A stretch of 64,000 nucleotides of DNA, from the NCBI GenBank assembly GCA_964016885.1, contig OZ024740.1, positions 364,560,001-364,624,000 of the forward strand. Direction: 5' to 3'. This document shows positions 1 through 12,175 of this stretch, piece by piece. Position 1 is the stretch's first letter. Each line of letters begins with the position of its first letter. This DNA is from Eledone cirrhosa (Eukaryota). A model generated the notes under the pieces. It made no database searches. It worked only from the letters and a program-made list of their open reading frames with translations, and was not told the origin of the DNA. The position numbers and the translations under genes were made by a program.

Positions 1-294
1 ATGCATGCATCATACAATCTTTCCCTAAAATAACCAAAAAGAAAAGAAGTCAGAAAACCTGAGAGCCCTGTAATTTACAGTCATTAATATTGAGACCAGG
101 ATAGGATATAAAAACTGACTGTAATCATGTCATAATTGTTTTTCCTTCTGTTTTTCCTTCAGTAGTCAGTCTCTCTCTCCCTCTCTCTCTCCATACCCTG
201 CCTTGTGGAAGTATTAAATTTTCCCATAGATGTTTTATATTTTAAATATATATATATATTGTGTAGTTTTTGTTTATATATATGTGCCCTCCCT

Positions 295-620
295 GCCCAT
301 TCCTCAGCACTATAATACCCCCCTCAAATTCCTCAGCTCTATAATATCCATCCCTATTCCTCACCCATATAATGTACCCTCATCCCTATAATGCACTCTC
401 CCACTCTTCAGCACTATAAGCTTCCCCTCCACTCATCATCTCGATAATATCCACCCCCATTCCCCACCACTATAATGTCCTGCTCCATTCAGCAGCTCTA
501 TGGTTCCCCCTCTTATTCCTCTGCTCTGTAATGCCCTTCTCCCCTTCCAATTCTTCACTTCCCCAATTTCTCAGTTTTGTAACATGGTCCCCATTCCTCA
601 ACTCTATAATGTCTTCACCT
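295..620. repeat. Degenerate C-rich minisatellite (~28-30 bp units)
   Basis: Recurring (tt)cctcagcactataat...ccc motif about 10 times, e.g. 301, 329, 406, 489, 594. Confidence 0.6.
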
Positions 621-910
621 ACTCCCTCCCCCTTACACACAGGTATTGCTCAGCACTATGAAGCTATAGAGAGAAAATGTTGAGTTATCTTATTTGTGGG
701 TTTCTTCCTCCATACTTTTTTTTTTTTTAAATTTAATTCTATTGCATCTATTTAGTTAGATAACAATTAGCTTAGAGGAAGAAGAATAATGAAACAAAAG
801 GACACAAACCCAGCTATATTCTTTAATTGTTTCACAAGTGAAATGTTATTTTAAACCTAAACTACTCTTAAATAATATATTTAGTTTCCATTTAGAGGAG
901 ATTTTAAAAA

Positions 911-1143
911 CCCATTTTGATACCAAATTCCCTAAAACCACCTTTGGTTTTTATGGTATAAAGCTGTTTATTTTAAAGTGGTTCTTATTTAAATTTTATC
1001 CTTTCATGATGATTTTATGTAAGAATATCTTGCTAAAGTATGTTCCAAACAATCAGCTTAATGAGAAATTCTTTATTTTTTCAAAATGATTTGAAAAACA
1101 TAGGTTGTATCTTTCATTAAAAATATGGTAACAAAAGGGTTAA
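911..1143 (+). mobile_element. TTAA-flanked MITE family B (piggyBac-type, ~230-280 bp, old); representative copy
   Basis: Termini TTAA-CCCTTTTGATACCAAA...AATATGGTAACAAAAGGG-TTAA. Further degenerate copies at approx 1143-1298, 2596-2949, 3186-3600, 5200-5470, 5704-5964, 8090-8319, 8691-8985, 9078-9460, 10562-10790, 10830-11220, 11220-11600, 12235-12489, 13248-13856, 14451-14977, 15076-15406, 35240-35599, 36660-36896, 37427-37650, 37857-38058, 39225-39414, 54155-54590, 55153-55391. TTAA target plus CCY ends are piggyBac hallmarks. Confidence 0.75.
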
Positions 1144-1503
1144 ACCTCTTTTGTGTGCAAACTGCCTGAAACCACCGTTTGTTCTATGAAACAATGCTGT
1201 ATATTTTAGTGTTATTATTTAACTTTATCCCTTCCATCATAGTTTTATATTAGAATATTTTATTATGTTCCAAACACCAACTTAATAATGAGAGGGTTAG
1301 GGTTGGCTGTGCTCAGTACATGTATAATATTCATTATGGCTTCAAAACTATACTAATGACTCAAGGGCCAGGAGTTTCAGGACTACTAAATGCACTTTGA
1401 ATTAATTTGAATTAGTGCATGCTCCAGCATGGCCACCGTCTAGTATCCAAAACCAGTAAAAGAATAAATTGATTACTTCTACCTTCAATTTTATTTTCCT
1501 ATA

Positions 1504-2041
1504 CTAGCTGACCCCGTGCCGTCAAAATTGACGGCTAATTGGAATATCTATACATAATATAAAAAAAGAAATGTTGGTTTGTTCCTTCGCGCTCAATCAC
1601 ACAAGTGATAGAACCATACACACAGCTGTGATGAATCTTAGAACACTGGATCTCTATAGTTTCTCAACCTGCTCCTTCCCCAATCATTCCATAGATGTGT
1701 CTGGATGTAATAATAATTTTTTCCTGTGTGTCTGTTTATATATATCTATGTGTAGATGCGTGTGTGTTTTTAATTTTATTGTCTATGTATCTTTCTAATT
1801 AAACATGCAAACACATATACAAATATTGTAAATAAATATAATTTACATATACACACACAAACACTCACATAATCATAACAGCCAATGTGTGTGGCCAATT
1901 CGCTATACATATACACATAGGTGTAGTGAATGTTAGATGCTGCTTAGACACCCCTTCCTTCCTCAGTCGATGTAATCAGCCCTTCTTTCCTCAGTTATCT
2001 CTATTGTGTGACAGACAAATACACATGGCTTTTATATTAGA
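1504..2041 (-). mobile_element. Non-autonomous Helitron
   Basis: Minus strand begins a|TCTAATATAAAAG (2041) and ends with hairpin GCCGTCAA-tt-TTGACGGC (1518-1535) about 10 nt before CTAG|t (1504-1507); inserted between A and T with no TSD. Confidence 0.75.
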
Positions 2042-2199
2042 TAATTAAGCAATACATATTTTCCTAGCTAAATGGTATACATAATGTGTTTAGAATAAGG
2101 CTTACCAATACTCATTTTTGTTTAACAATTTCCTTGGTTGAGGAGTATTTCAGTAGTTTTCCTTAAAGTTCACCATGCAAGGTGCTCATGTTGGTACCA

Positions 2200-2552
2200 C
2201 AACAAAAGAATAACTAGTCCTCCTTGTAAGGTAACATGACGAAAGAGCACCTAGCTCTCACAACAAAAACGACCAGTCCACACTATAAAGTGGTCGTTTT
2301 AGTGCCATGACAAAAAACGCCCAGTCGACACTGTAAAGTGGTCGTGTTGGTGACCTGGCAAAAAATGCCCAGTCAACACTGTAAATGTGGTTAGCATGGG
2401 GGGAGGGGGGCATCCAGCCCCTAGAAACCAAGTCAAAACAGTTCTGTATGTGTAAGACACAGTCATCTGACCTGACTTGTCTCACAATGGGACAATTCGT
2501 CTAACCCATGCTAGTGTGGAAAAATGGACATTAAATGATGTTGATGATGATG
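2200..2552 (+). mobile_element. SINE type 3 (3' part ending ...aacccatgctagcgtggaaaaacggacgttaaa(GAT)n), here with an internal ~52-bp triplication
   Basis: Shared core tgtaaatgtggttggtgttaggaagggcatccagctgtagaaa. Other copies ~15990-16347(+), 16374-16560(-), 12585-12790(-), 38633-38735(-), 42400-42727(+), 46085-46265(-), 50065-50250(+), 60020-60330(+), 60840-61020(-), 63540-63870(-). Confidence 0.75.
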
Positions 2553-3967
2553 AATAGGTGCAGGAAATTATTTTAAATAAAAACACACAGCAGTTTACTC
2601 TTTTGATACAAAACTGTCTGAAATTGCTCCTATGACACAGAACTGTATATTTATCTAAAAACCTTCAGTTCAATGACACAACACTGTATATTTATCTAAA
2701 AACCTTCCATCCTATGTAAGGACTTTTGTTATAATATCAGCTTAATAATGAGAAAGTTATATTGCTAAGTCCCTCCAAATTCTTGGTTATTTTCACAATC
2801 ATTTGAAAATAAGAGGCAGCAGTTTTCATTAGAAATATGCTAATAAAAGGGTTAGTAAAGGAATAATTAATAATTTTAGCAAATCCCTCAAAATCTTCAT
2901 TAATTGAAATATAGTGCATTTTATTAGAAATATGGTAACAAAAGGGTTTTTGCATGTATCCAGATCTTCCATTCAGGCAATATGGTTTGTTTTTCTTTTC
3001 TCAATTATTGCTATATATTGCTGACAATGATGGACGAGGTTCCACATAAACAGAAAACTGGATCAGATATTTATTATTGGGAGAATTAAAATCGTTCAAA
3101 TCCTAGCTGCTGATGCCTGAAGGGTACCAATATGATATTGAGATATCAACTATACTGATATTATATTCTTATCTATAAAATATCTTAACCCTTGATTCCA
3201 AACAGTCTCAAACCAACCTTCTGTGATCCAAATACTTTGTTTTAATATGTTTATATTTATCTAAAAGCTTTCCACCATAATTTTATGCAAAAATCTTTGT
3301 TCCAAACACTGGCCGTATCTGACCAGAATTCTCTCACCTCTTTCTGTTCAAACCAGCCATAACCAGCCATTCACACCAATTTTAAGGTATTGTTCTAAAA
3401 ATAAATAACATCAAAATTTTGTAGCTTCGATATTATGTGAGATAAAGCCTTTACTGTGAAAATACAAATACAATAGTAAATATAAAGTAATGTAAATACT
3501 AAAGGGCGAATAACTCTCTCCAAATTGTTGATTATTTTCGAAATTATTTGAAAATCATCGGTAGTGTCATACATTAAAAATATGGTAACAAAAGGGTTAA
3601 TACTGAGACAAAAGAAATCCTTTATTGATATTTTTAAAAAAATGCTATTTGTAAAAAATATAAGGGAAAAATAATTCATTACCTATGTTCATGTAAGTAA
3701 GATGAGAAGAATAAAAAAAAAAAAGAGAAGAATCTAGCAACTGTTTAAAGTAGTTACCATATTTCTTTGAAGTAGTTACCATGTTTCTACTTTTGGCACA
3801 AGGCCAGCAATTACCCCTATTACCCAGTGCATTACTGGTGCTTTATTTCATCGACCCGTAAGGATATGATCCATGTTTCTGAAGCTTAAAAAGAAAAGAA
3901 AATAGGAATAAATTATATCCTTGTGTATAATACTTTGGCCATGTCATCAGGGCTCGGAACCTCAGCA

Positions 3968-4115
3968 CCCACATCCTGGAGGGATTCATTGATGGCAGAA
4001 GATTGAGAAGAAGAACAAGGAGACATTAGTGTGATATCAGGGATTGGACTGAAGTAATGTCAGTGGAGTGCACAGTCATGGCAAGGGAGAGGAGCCAGTG
4101 GAGAGCATTGGTGTG
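3968..4115 (+). pseudogene. RTE-clade LINE ORF C-terminal fragment
   Basis: Translates HILEGFIDGRRLRRRTRRH*CDIRDWTEVMSVECTVMARERSQWRALV, matching the RTE terminal motif ILEGxIEGxRxRGRPxxxWxDDIxxW...AxDRxxWRxLV. Confidence 0.75.
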
Positions 4116-4392
4116 ATTGTCTATGGTGCCGTGGTGGTAATAAGGGTGGGAAATGCCCTGATCTCTATAATATGACTCTAGAGTACAACTATCTCTTTGC
4201 AATTTTTATTTGTAAACCTGTACCTTGTTATTCATCAAAATCTTGATCTCACACTTATTCCGCTACAATATTTAGTTTCTCATATTTAAAGAGATGTATA
4301 ACAACTGGATTCTTAGCATTTTGTGTACAAACAAGCATTCACTGAGTGTACTTTTAGTTTTACTATTTAATAAAAAGTACTTCTAAGTTCAG

Positions 4393-4715
4393 ACGGCGAA
4401 TTGGCAGTGTCGTTAGAACATCAGATAGAATGCTTTGTGGTGTTCGTTTCAGCTCTCTGCTTTCTCTGAGTTCAAATCCCGCTGAGGTCAACTTTGTCTT
4501 TCATCCTTTCAAGGTCGATAAAAAAGTATCAGTCTAGTACTGGGGTTGATTCTTCCTCTGTATTTCTTTCTCACTTCTTCTCTGTTACTTTGTAACCTTC
4601 TCTGGAAGAAATCTGCTGTACTCAGGCCTGGAGAGGGATGGGCTCTGCCAGACTTAAGATGCCCAAGAAATGCTGTATGTCACTATGGCACCCCTACAAC
4701 TCCATCAGCAGTTAC
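4393..4715 (+). mobile_element. tRNA-derived SINE type 1 head with an alternative 3' tail
   Basis: A-box TGGCAGTGTCG, B-box GAGTTCAAATCC, then tail tctggaagaaatctgctgtactcaggcctggagagg...; same architecture at 42858-43127. Confidence 0.75.
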
Positions 4716-6459
4716 TTTTAATTTCAGTAAAACATTTCTAAAAATGTGTACTTGTTTATAAAATGAATCTACCTATTTTTACCCTGAATTTTAATTCAAA
4801 ATTTTTTGTATTATACATGGGAAAATATAATACTATATATAGTTTGTTTAAAACTTTTGTTGTTGTTGTGTAGGTTGCAGCAAAAAAATATACAATAACT
4901 ACTTCTTCAGTGTTACAGATCACAAAGTGCACCAATACAATCTACAAATATGGTTTGATTGCTCAAAAAATTCTAAGAGGGTGTTAAAGTACTTTGGGTT
5001 CATATTTCAAACCATCACCTGATGCATACTCCCTTTTGCCCTTCACCTCATAATTGTTTTCAGTAGAAAGATTTATAACTGCTTTTCAAGACAGTATTTT
5101 TGTGTAGGATTTTTACAATTTTATTTTCATGCTAATTTTTACAAAATCTATTTATTCTCACACTTTTTGCCATGTTCTTGAATATTTCCCAAATTTCAAT
5201 AACCTTTTTGAACCAAAACCACCTTAGAATACCCCTGGTTCTACATTATGCATTATCTTAATCAGTGTTGATTGTCCATTTTCCCATGTTACTATAGATC
5301 TATATTTATCTAAAAACCTTCAAGTTTATGGAAGATCCTTTACAGTCTTAACACCAGCTACATAATGAGAAAGTTATATTACTAAATTTCTCCAAATTCT
5401 TGATTATTTTCAAACTGATTTGAAAATCACAGGTAGTAACTTCAATAGAAACATGATAATGAAGGGGTTACAGTATTTTGGGTCCTTTGTGCAAGCCACT
5501 ACTTAATCTATACCTCTTTCACCTGCCTTTTATCCCACATTTCTTTTCTCTAGAAAGATTTATAACTGCTTTTCAAAGCAGTTTTTTTTGTGCAGTGTAT
5601 ACTTAGTTATATTCCAAAAGGATCTTGTTTTATTTTCATGCTAATTTTTATGGAAACTTTTCTAATACCATTCTTCTTAGTAAGGAATACTTTCCCAACT
5701 TCATTAACCCCTTTCAAACCAATGCACCTGAAACTGCCCCTGACTTTACAATAAAAAGTTGTGTTTTGCAGTGTTTATACTTATCTAAAAAAAAAAACCT
5801 TTCCAGTATGATTTATGTAAGAACCTTTGTAAATTCATCTTCCAAACACCAGATAATAGATAAATAAAAATATTTTTTTACAAAATCACTCCCAAATTCT
5901 TCATATATTTTCAAAAGGATTTGAAAATGATAGTCTTTTATTAGAAATGTAACAAAAGAGTTAACCATTGTAATAAACTGACTGAATCATAAAAATTCTA
6001 ATATTAATAAATTTCTCCATTAAAAAATAAAAAAAAATAAAAACTATTTTCAAGCAATGATTAAAAGGGTTTGTTTTCTGGAAGGCTGTAAAACATAGCT
6101 CTCCAAAAAATAAACAAACAAAAAAAACCTTCAATGACCAGTATGAAGTCTGTTATGGGACCTACAAAGCTTGCTTTTATGGGACCTAATGCTTGCTTTA
6201 GAAGAGAAACTGGTTTTGTTTGTTGTTGTTTCTCACACAGTAATCTTCTCATTACATGTCACACATGAAAATAGGAATCAACTGTATGAAGTCATTATAA
6301 AGTACCATCAAAGTCTGCAATTTTATCCCCCCCCCCTTCTCCAAGAAAAAAAAATCATTCTATATATAAAAATAAAAATAAAAACCCAGTTCAGTTTCAT
6401 TTTGACTAATACAGAATGTGGGTTCTACCTGAAAACATGACATTATGTGAAGAGTTGGC

Positions 6460-6575
6460 TAGAGCTCAGCACTCTACCAGAGCTGAGCACAATGCCAGAC
6501 TTGAGCACTCTACCAGAGCCAAGTACTTCTGCCAGAGCTGAAACCAATGCCAGACTCGAGCACTCTGCCTGAGCT
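6460..6575. repeat. Degenerate ~18-20 bp minisatellite
   Basis: Repeating agagct(c/g)agcactct(a/g)cc variants, about 6 units. Confidence 0.6.
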
Positions 6576-7054
6576 GTAGACACATCACCCTCTTTCCATG
6601 AAAAGTTGGTTTATAGTAAATTGTTAGAAGATCTCGTCAAAATTTATGAGCTGCTAAATTACTTTCACTGGCCATTATTGCAATATAGGAACTGAGTGAG
6701 AGAATTCTACTATGTATAAGAATCTTGATAAACGGCCCTGCCTTCTCTGCACTACAACTCTACTAACAGAGCTGAACATTGAAAAACATTAAAATCAATA
6801 TTCTATGAATATATATAATAAAAATAAAATAAAAATAAAAACGAAATAAAAATTCTGCAATATAATCATTTGCATTTAAATCAAGATAATAGAATAAATA
6901 AAAACTAAAGTTTTGTAGATTTGAATGCAAAAAAAGAAAGAAAGAATGAAAAAAAAAGGGGGGGTCATAAAATCCCTTTTATTACCTTCTTTTATTATAG
7001 CAGGACCTTATGTCTTTTCTCTCTATTCAGTCACATGGCTATTCATTGCTCTGC

Positions 7055-7055
<1 letters not shown>

Positions 7056-7101
<46 letters not shown>
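7056..7101. repeat. (ATT)n microsatellite; representative of many (CA)n, (TA)n, (CT)n, (GAT)n tracts in the window
   Basis: Direct. Other long tracts e.g. (CA)n 19238-19305 and 53294-53373, (CT)n 43221-43277, (TA)n 16347-16375 and 53521-53560. Confidence 0.95.
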
Positions 7102-7103
<2 letters not shown>

Positions 7104-9115
7104 TTATTTTATTTTTTTTAAATTTTAATATTTTTCCTTTTCACAATTTAACAAATTTCAAACCTTCAGCAACAAACCGAATTAAACTGGCAACATTAAC
7201 ATCAAAATAGCAGAATAAATTATTCCAAGAAATAAGAAATTTCTATAGAAATAAGCTTGTTGCTGCTATTGTAGTGTTAACACTGCCATTGTGATTCCCT
7301 CACTCATCAGATCAATTTAGAAAACTGATGATTTACAAACCTCACAGAGAAAGTACCAGCATCAAATTCAACAAAGAGTTCTCATTGAATACCAGATTAA
7401 CAAAAGCATTTAATGATAAAATGTCCATTACTAATAAACAAGAGTACTGTTGAAAATAAAGGTTTAAAAACAAAAATGACTCAAATGTTATACACACTTT
7501 GATTCCCATCAGTGTTATGTATAACTTGAATATGTTGGGTTAGCTGTTGTTAAACCTGAGGGTGACTATGATCAAGTAGGCCTATGATAAAAAACATTCC
7601 AGTTTTGACCAGTGTGTGTGTCGTTTTTTTTTTATTTATTATTATTATTATTCAGAAGCTCATTGCCCAGTATGTCTTTTTTTTTAAAGAGAGTAGTATA
7701 TGAGATAAATTTGGCAGCTGCTATTTCTAGCAGAGCAAGTATCCAGACATACATTGGCTTGGTTTGTCTTGTCTTGAATGTACAGAGATTGTAGACCAAT
7801 CAGATAAGAGTTATGGTTTAAACCGACCATATCTGGCCAGAATTCTCTCACCTCTTTCTGTTCAAACTGGCTGTAACTGGCTGCTCATGCTAATGTTAAG
7901 GTATTGTTCTCAAAACAAATAATATCAAAATCTCATAGATTCAATAATATGTCAGAAAAGTATATAAGGTAAAGCCTTTACCATGAAAATATAATAGTAT
8001 ATATTAGAGTAATGTAAATACTAAAGGGTTATATAGAACTTGTTAATCGAAGCAAGTTACTGAAGGACTACAAATAATTTGAATATTTCACCCTTCTTAT
8101 ACCAATCCACCTGAAACTGCTCTGGTTTTATGATGCATAACTGCTTAATTAAAAATATTCACACTTACATTAAAACCTTCCATCATAATTTTATTTAAGA
8201 AAATTTTAGATAATGTTTCAAACAGCAACTTACTAATGTAAAGGTTAGTTATTCTTTAAATATTCGAAATTAGTTGATACTCATAGGCAGCATATTTCAT
8301 TAGAGATGTTAAAGGGTTAAAACATAAGTAATATGAGAAGGAAGTAAAGCTTTAAAATAAACACTTCTATACAATCTTGTTTCTCTATTTATATTCAACT
8401 GTTAGCTACTCCAAGCTAGTTTAGCATAGTTACACACAATTCTTTCATTCAATACCCTAGATATTAATGATTCTAGAACATATAGCTTATTTTAACTGTT
8501 TAGTGAAGGAAGGACGGCCTATGCTGATGGCCCTTTTCAAGGCCTCCAACACTGGTTAATAGGGGGAAAGTATCCTCAAACCAGAAACCTTGCACTAATG
8601 CTAGCAACAGATTGGACTCCATTAAAAGCACCGAAGGGTCAGACAATGGTGTTAAACTGAGTAGCAGATTCAATCTACCAACTATCAGCCTTAACACTTA
8701 TGATACCAAACTGCTTGAAATTGTCTGGTTCTATGATACAAAACTGTTTCTTTTAAAGTGTTTTATCATCATCATTGCTATTTTAATTGTTTTCCACACT
8801 GACATGGGTTGGAATAATAATAAAAAAAAAAGACTTCCATGTAACAGCCTTTGTTAAGTTATGTTCCAAAACACCAGCTTGATAATAAGAAAGTTAGTTA
8901 TATTACTAAATCCCTCTAAATTCTTGATTATTTGTAAACGAGAGGCAAGTTTCTTTCATTAGAAATATAATAACGAAAGAGTTTATTAGAGATATGGGAA
9001 TGAACAATCATAAAATAGAGATGCCATGATGTGATACAAAGCTAGTAAGTAGATTCAGAACCATTTATTGACAATTTTTAACCCTTTTGTGACTGCATTT
9101 CATTATTAATAAAGG

Positions 9116-9295
9116 GCGGTGGATTGGCAGTATCGGTGGAGGGTCGGACGCCATGCTTTCCAGCATAGTTACGTCCCTTTACGATCTGAGTTCAAATCCC
9201 GCCGAGGTTGACTTTGCCTTTCATCCTTACGGGGTCGGTAAAATAAAGTACCAGTAATGCACTGGGTAATTGCTGGCCTTGTGCCTAAAGTAGAA
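9116..9295 (+). mobile_element. tRNA-derived SINE type 1 (young copy)
   Basis: gcggtggattggcagtatcgg (A box)...gagttcaaatcccgccgaggttgactttgcctttcatcc...gtgcctaaagtagaa. Other copies 3785-3865(-), 21850-21975(-), 32520-32708(-), 33725-33870(-), 45202-45272(-), 45298-45475(-), 59547-59760(+), 61825-62000(-), 62020-62225(-). Confidence 0.9.
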
Positions 9296-9720
9296 TTTTT
9301 AGGGATTTCATTACTCTGACAGTAACTTAACATATGGTTTTTTTTAATATAAAACGATATTGAAAAATTGAAATTTAGATAGGAGGGATTTGTTTAAAAT
9401 GGAGGGATTTGTTTCGTAGAACCAAGGCTGGTTTTGGACAGGCTGGTCTCAAAAGGGTTAATTTTGACACAGTTACCTCTAGAGTAACCCCGTTTCTGTA
9501 GATTGTGGAAGCAACACTAACAGTAGCTAGATTACATGGAAGATCAGAGATTATTGGAAGAAAGCCAACTTCCTAATGAAGTACGAGGGAAAGTTTTAGT
9601 GCAACTCCAATCCACTCTGCAACATAATTTGTTAGAGTTGATTGGGTTCAACTCAGGTTTGAAAGAGAAGAGGAAGAACTGGTTGAAAAGGGAACATATT
9701 TTGCAAAAGAGCCACAAAAT

Positions 9721-9901
9721 AATTGTTTCTACTTTAGGCACAAGGCCAGCAATTACCCAGTGCATTACTGGTACTTTATTTTATCGACCCCGTAAGGATG
9801 AAAGACAAAGTTAACCTCGGCGGGATTTGAACTCAGATCGTAAAGGGACGTAACTAGAAAGCATGGCGTCCGACCCTCTACCGATACTGCCAATCCACCG
9901 C
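9721..9901 (-). mobile_element. tRNA-derived SINE type 1 (inverted partner of 9116-9295)
   Basis: Reverse complement nearly identical to 9116-9295 apart from a few substitutions and one small deletion. Confidence 0.9.
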
Positions 9902-9916
9902 ACAAAATAATGACAA

Positions 9917-10345
9917 ACAGTTACTATAGCTACAGATATTTCTTTCAAAAAGTTGCCATGGCTACAGATATTTATATCAAACAGTTGCCATGGCTACAGA
10001 TATTTATATTAAACTACATTTTGAAAACAGTTGTCATGGCTACAGATATTTCTATCAAACAGTTGTCATGACTACAGATATTTCTATCAAACAATTGCCA
10101 TAGCTACATATATTTTTATCAAACAGTTGTCATGACTACAGATATTTCTATCAAACAATTGCCATAGCTACATATATTTCTATCAAACAGAACAATTTGA
10201 AAATAGTTGTAATGGCTACAGATATTTCTATCAAACAGTAAATTTTAAAAATAGTTGCTGTGGCTACACATATTTCTACAGTTGCCATGGCTACAGATAT
10301 TTCTATAAAATAGTATATTTTAAAAATTGTTGCCGTGACTACCGA
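9917..10345. repeat. 32-bp minisatellite, about 12 units
   Basis: Unit AACAGTTGCCATGGCTACAGATATTTCTATCA; some units carry a ~14-16 nt insert. Confidence 0.9.
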
Positions 10346-10955
10346 TTAAACTAGAGAACCATATATTTTATTCAATGAGCAAATTTCATAGAGAAAATTG
10401 AAAACTTAATTTCATTTTTTTTTAAATTTTATATAGCCGCTTTATTCTGATTAATGTAGCAGTAGCAGCAACAGCAGCAGCAGCAGCAATAGTTACTTCA
10501 AATTCATTTGTCAATAATAGAACTGATTCCTTGATGACTCCAATTTAGAACATTTTACCATCACCCTTTTGTTACCAGATACATAGTCCATATTTCAATT
10601 TATCTTAGAAATAATTAAGAATTTGAAGGAATTTAGTAACATAGCTTAACTTTTAATTATTAAGCTGTTGTTTGGAACATTTAACAAAATGCTCTTAGAT
10701 AAAATCATGTTCAAAGGTTGTAATTTAGATATGAACATTTTAAAAGGAGCAGTTTTGTACCATAAAACCAGGGCTGGCCAGCAAAACATGTCATAAAGTT
10801 ATTGACTAGAGAAATTCTGCTGTAACTTTTGTTTCTTTAATGTTCCTAACTACATTTGTAATAAAGGACACTATCTATTATTTTCAGATAAAGAATTTGG
10901 AGAGATTTAATAATATAACCAATATGTTCATTATTCAGCTTATGTTTGAAACAAC

Positions 10956-11164
10956 TTAACCCTTTAGCATTTACATTACTCTATATTTGCTATTATATTT
11001 TTGTGGTAAAAGCTTTATCTTATATAATTATCTCACATAATATTGAATTTACGAGATTTTAATGTTATTCATTTTGAGAACAATGCCTCAACATCAGTAT
11101 GAACAGCCAGGTACAGCCGGTTTGAACAGAAAGAGGTGAGAGAATTCTGATGTTAAAGGGTTAA
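10956..11164 (-). mobile_element. MITE family A nested at a TTAA inside a family B MITE
   Basis: caac-TTAA-CCCTTTAGCATT...TAAAGGG-TTAA-ataaag; family B sequence continues on both sides. Confidence 0.85.
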
Positions 11165-11383
11165 ATAAAGTTTTTACATAGAATTATGATGAAAAGCTTT
11201 TAGATAAATGTAAACAATTTAACCCTTTCCCTTACTATGTTTCTAATAAAGGATACTGCTTATTATTCTCAAATAATTTTGAAAATCATTGAGAATTTGG
11301 AGGGATTTAGTAATATAACTTAACAATGGGCCTTACATAAAATTAAGATGGAAGGTTTTTTTTTTTTTAGATAAAAAGATTTT

Positions 11384-11552
11384 ACTGGCCAAACTAACCA
11401 GGGGCAGACCCTGAGCAGGATAGTTGGATAACATCCATGAGCTTGGCTGGTCTTACTTGGGGATCCAGCCGGATCAGTTGGAGACAGTTGCTTCTGACAG
11501 AACCTACTGGAAGGAGTGTTTGAGGGCTCTACTCCCATGACCCTCTCAAGAA
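11384..11552 (+). pseudogene. RTE (Expander/Rex3-like) LINE C-terminal fragment
   Basis: Reads RGRP*AG*LDNIHELGWSYLGIQPDQLETVASDRTYWKECLRALLP*PSQE, matching the Rex3-type end RGRPRTRWxDxIxxLAWxxLGIPPEELxxVAxxRxxWxxLLxLLPPRP. Confidence 0.75.
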
Positions 11553-11946
11553 TTATAAAACCAGGGGCAGTTTCAGGCAGTTTAGTATCAAAATGATTTA
11601 GAGTAAAAACCTGCTATGAAGTTGTTGTCTAGCAAAAATGTTTAAAAAAACGAATTTGTTAATTCAAATGTATATGTTATCTTTACTAGTGGACAGATCA
11701 TTGCAAAAACATGTAGTATCAGTTTTTAATATGGTGCAGTCATAAACATATTTGGTACTTTTCAGGAATATCTTGCTAATGTGGTTTCAAATGTTTATAG
11801 TATATTTACTAGTGGACAAAGCATGTTGAAAATTTGAAATATTAGAATAAAGTCTATTAATATTTAATGTAATGTGGTCATAGTGGCATTTTGTATTTTT
11901 TTTTTCAAAAAGGTCTTGCTAATGTGGTTTCATGTCGTACAGGACA

Positions 11947-12175
11947 TTAATCCTTTAGCATTTAAACCGGCTATATAAGGTCAGAATTCTCTCATCTCTT
12001 TCTGTTCAAACCGGCTGTAACCAGTCACTCATAGTTATGTTAAGGTATTGTTCTCAACATAAATAATATCAAAATCTCATAGATTCGATATTATGTGAGA
12101 TAATTATGTGAAGTAAAGCCTGTACAATGAATATATAATAGTAAATATAGTGTAATATAAATGCTAAAGGGTTAA
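11947..12175 (+). mobile_element. TTAA-flanked MITE family A (piggyBac-type, ~225 bp, younger); representative copy
   Basis: TIR CCCTTTAGCATTTA / TAAATGCTAAAGGG with TTAA on both sides. Other copies 3310-3507, 7818-8031, 14567-14855 (partly duplicated), 16962-17183(-), 32895-33120, 36251-36479, 38439-38603, 39411-39639, 40052-40267, 51464-51677(-), 52091-52319(-). Confidence 0.9.

Noticed and set aside
8500-8690. Complex non-repetitive-looking stretch with short ORFs on both strands
   Set aside because: No recognisable motif or convincing splice-site pair; cannot be assigned
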